From Eledone cirrhosa (taxonomy: Eukaryota), in NCBI GenBank assembly GCA_964016885.1, contig OZ024742.1, positions 126,356,001-126,420,000 of the forward strand: a stretch of DNA of 64,000 bases, written 5' to 3'. Positions 63,473 through 64,000 of the stretch are shown in pieces. The notes under the pieces were generated by a model, which had not been told where the DNA came from, ran no database searches, and saw only the letters and a list, made by a program, of their open reading frames with translations. Both the position numbers and the translations under genes were made by a program. The number at the start of each line of letters is the position of its first letter. Position 1 is the stretch's first letter.

Positions 63473-64000
63473 TTTTGTAAATAAACATGTTTAGAAATAT
63501 AGAGAATCTTGTGCAGAAAAATAGCTATGAACACAACTTAGAAAATCAGACAGAAAAAGTCGCCAAGCATATTTTACAGAGAATCAAACTCAGTAACAGC
63601 TGCTGGCTACTTTTTCTATCTATAGAGGTATTTTACCCAATTTTCTAAGCTGTGTTTTCATAACCATTTTCCTGCATTCAAGATTTTCTACATTTCTCAA
63701 CATATATGTAATTTATATATATATATAAAATACAAATATAGTAACAAAAAAAAAAATAATAAAACATTCCACATTTTAATGATAATTATCAGTAATAATA
63801 ATAATATTAGTAATAATAATAATTGTAATAACCAAAATATTCATGATAATGATGACATATATATATATATATTTGAGCTTTTTCCTGATTTTGTCTTGTA
63901 TAATGTTTTCACTGATATAATTACTATATTTCCACTCCAATTTTAAACAAGTGGAAATATGTGTTTGGATGTGAATTTCACCTTTCTCTTTCACATTTAT

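Overview
AT-rich, microsatellite-rich eukaryotic genomic DNA. The repeat landscape (tRNA-derived SINEs, RTE LINEs with (GAT)n tails, long (TA)n runs) resembles an octopod cephalopod; this is an inference. The one supportable host gene is ZRSR2 (U2AF35-related minor-spliceosome factor) on the minus strand. I assembled nine GT-AG coding exons from ATG 37543 to 11271 (967 nt, all phases consistent). They encode the basic N-terminus, E/K/R-rich helical region, CCCH finger 1 and UHM/RRM. The last exon(s) (rest of CCCH2, RS tail) were not found and probably lie beyond position 1. Almost everything else is mobile-element debris: RTE LINEs, SINEs, Tc1/mariner (maT-like), Chapaev, TTAA MITEs, R4/Dong, CRE, CR1, L1/Tx1 and Penelope-like foldbacks. 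Most notable: a PHD finger inserted inside the RTE reverse transcriptase; a complete type I hammerhead ribozyme consensus at 36949-37019 inside a competing foldback; near-identical inverted SINEs bracketing exactly exons 3-4; a head-to-head RTE inverted repeat of at least 1.2 kb; and a co-oriented block of LINE fragments from several clades just upstream of the ZRSR2 start. All boundaries were read by eye.
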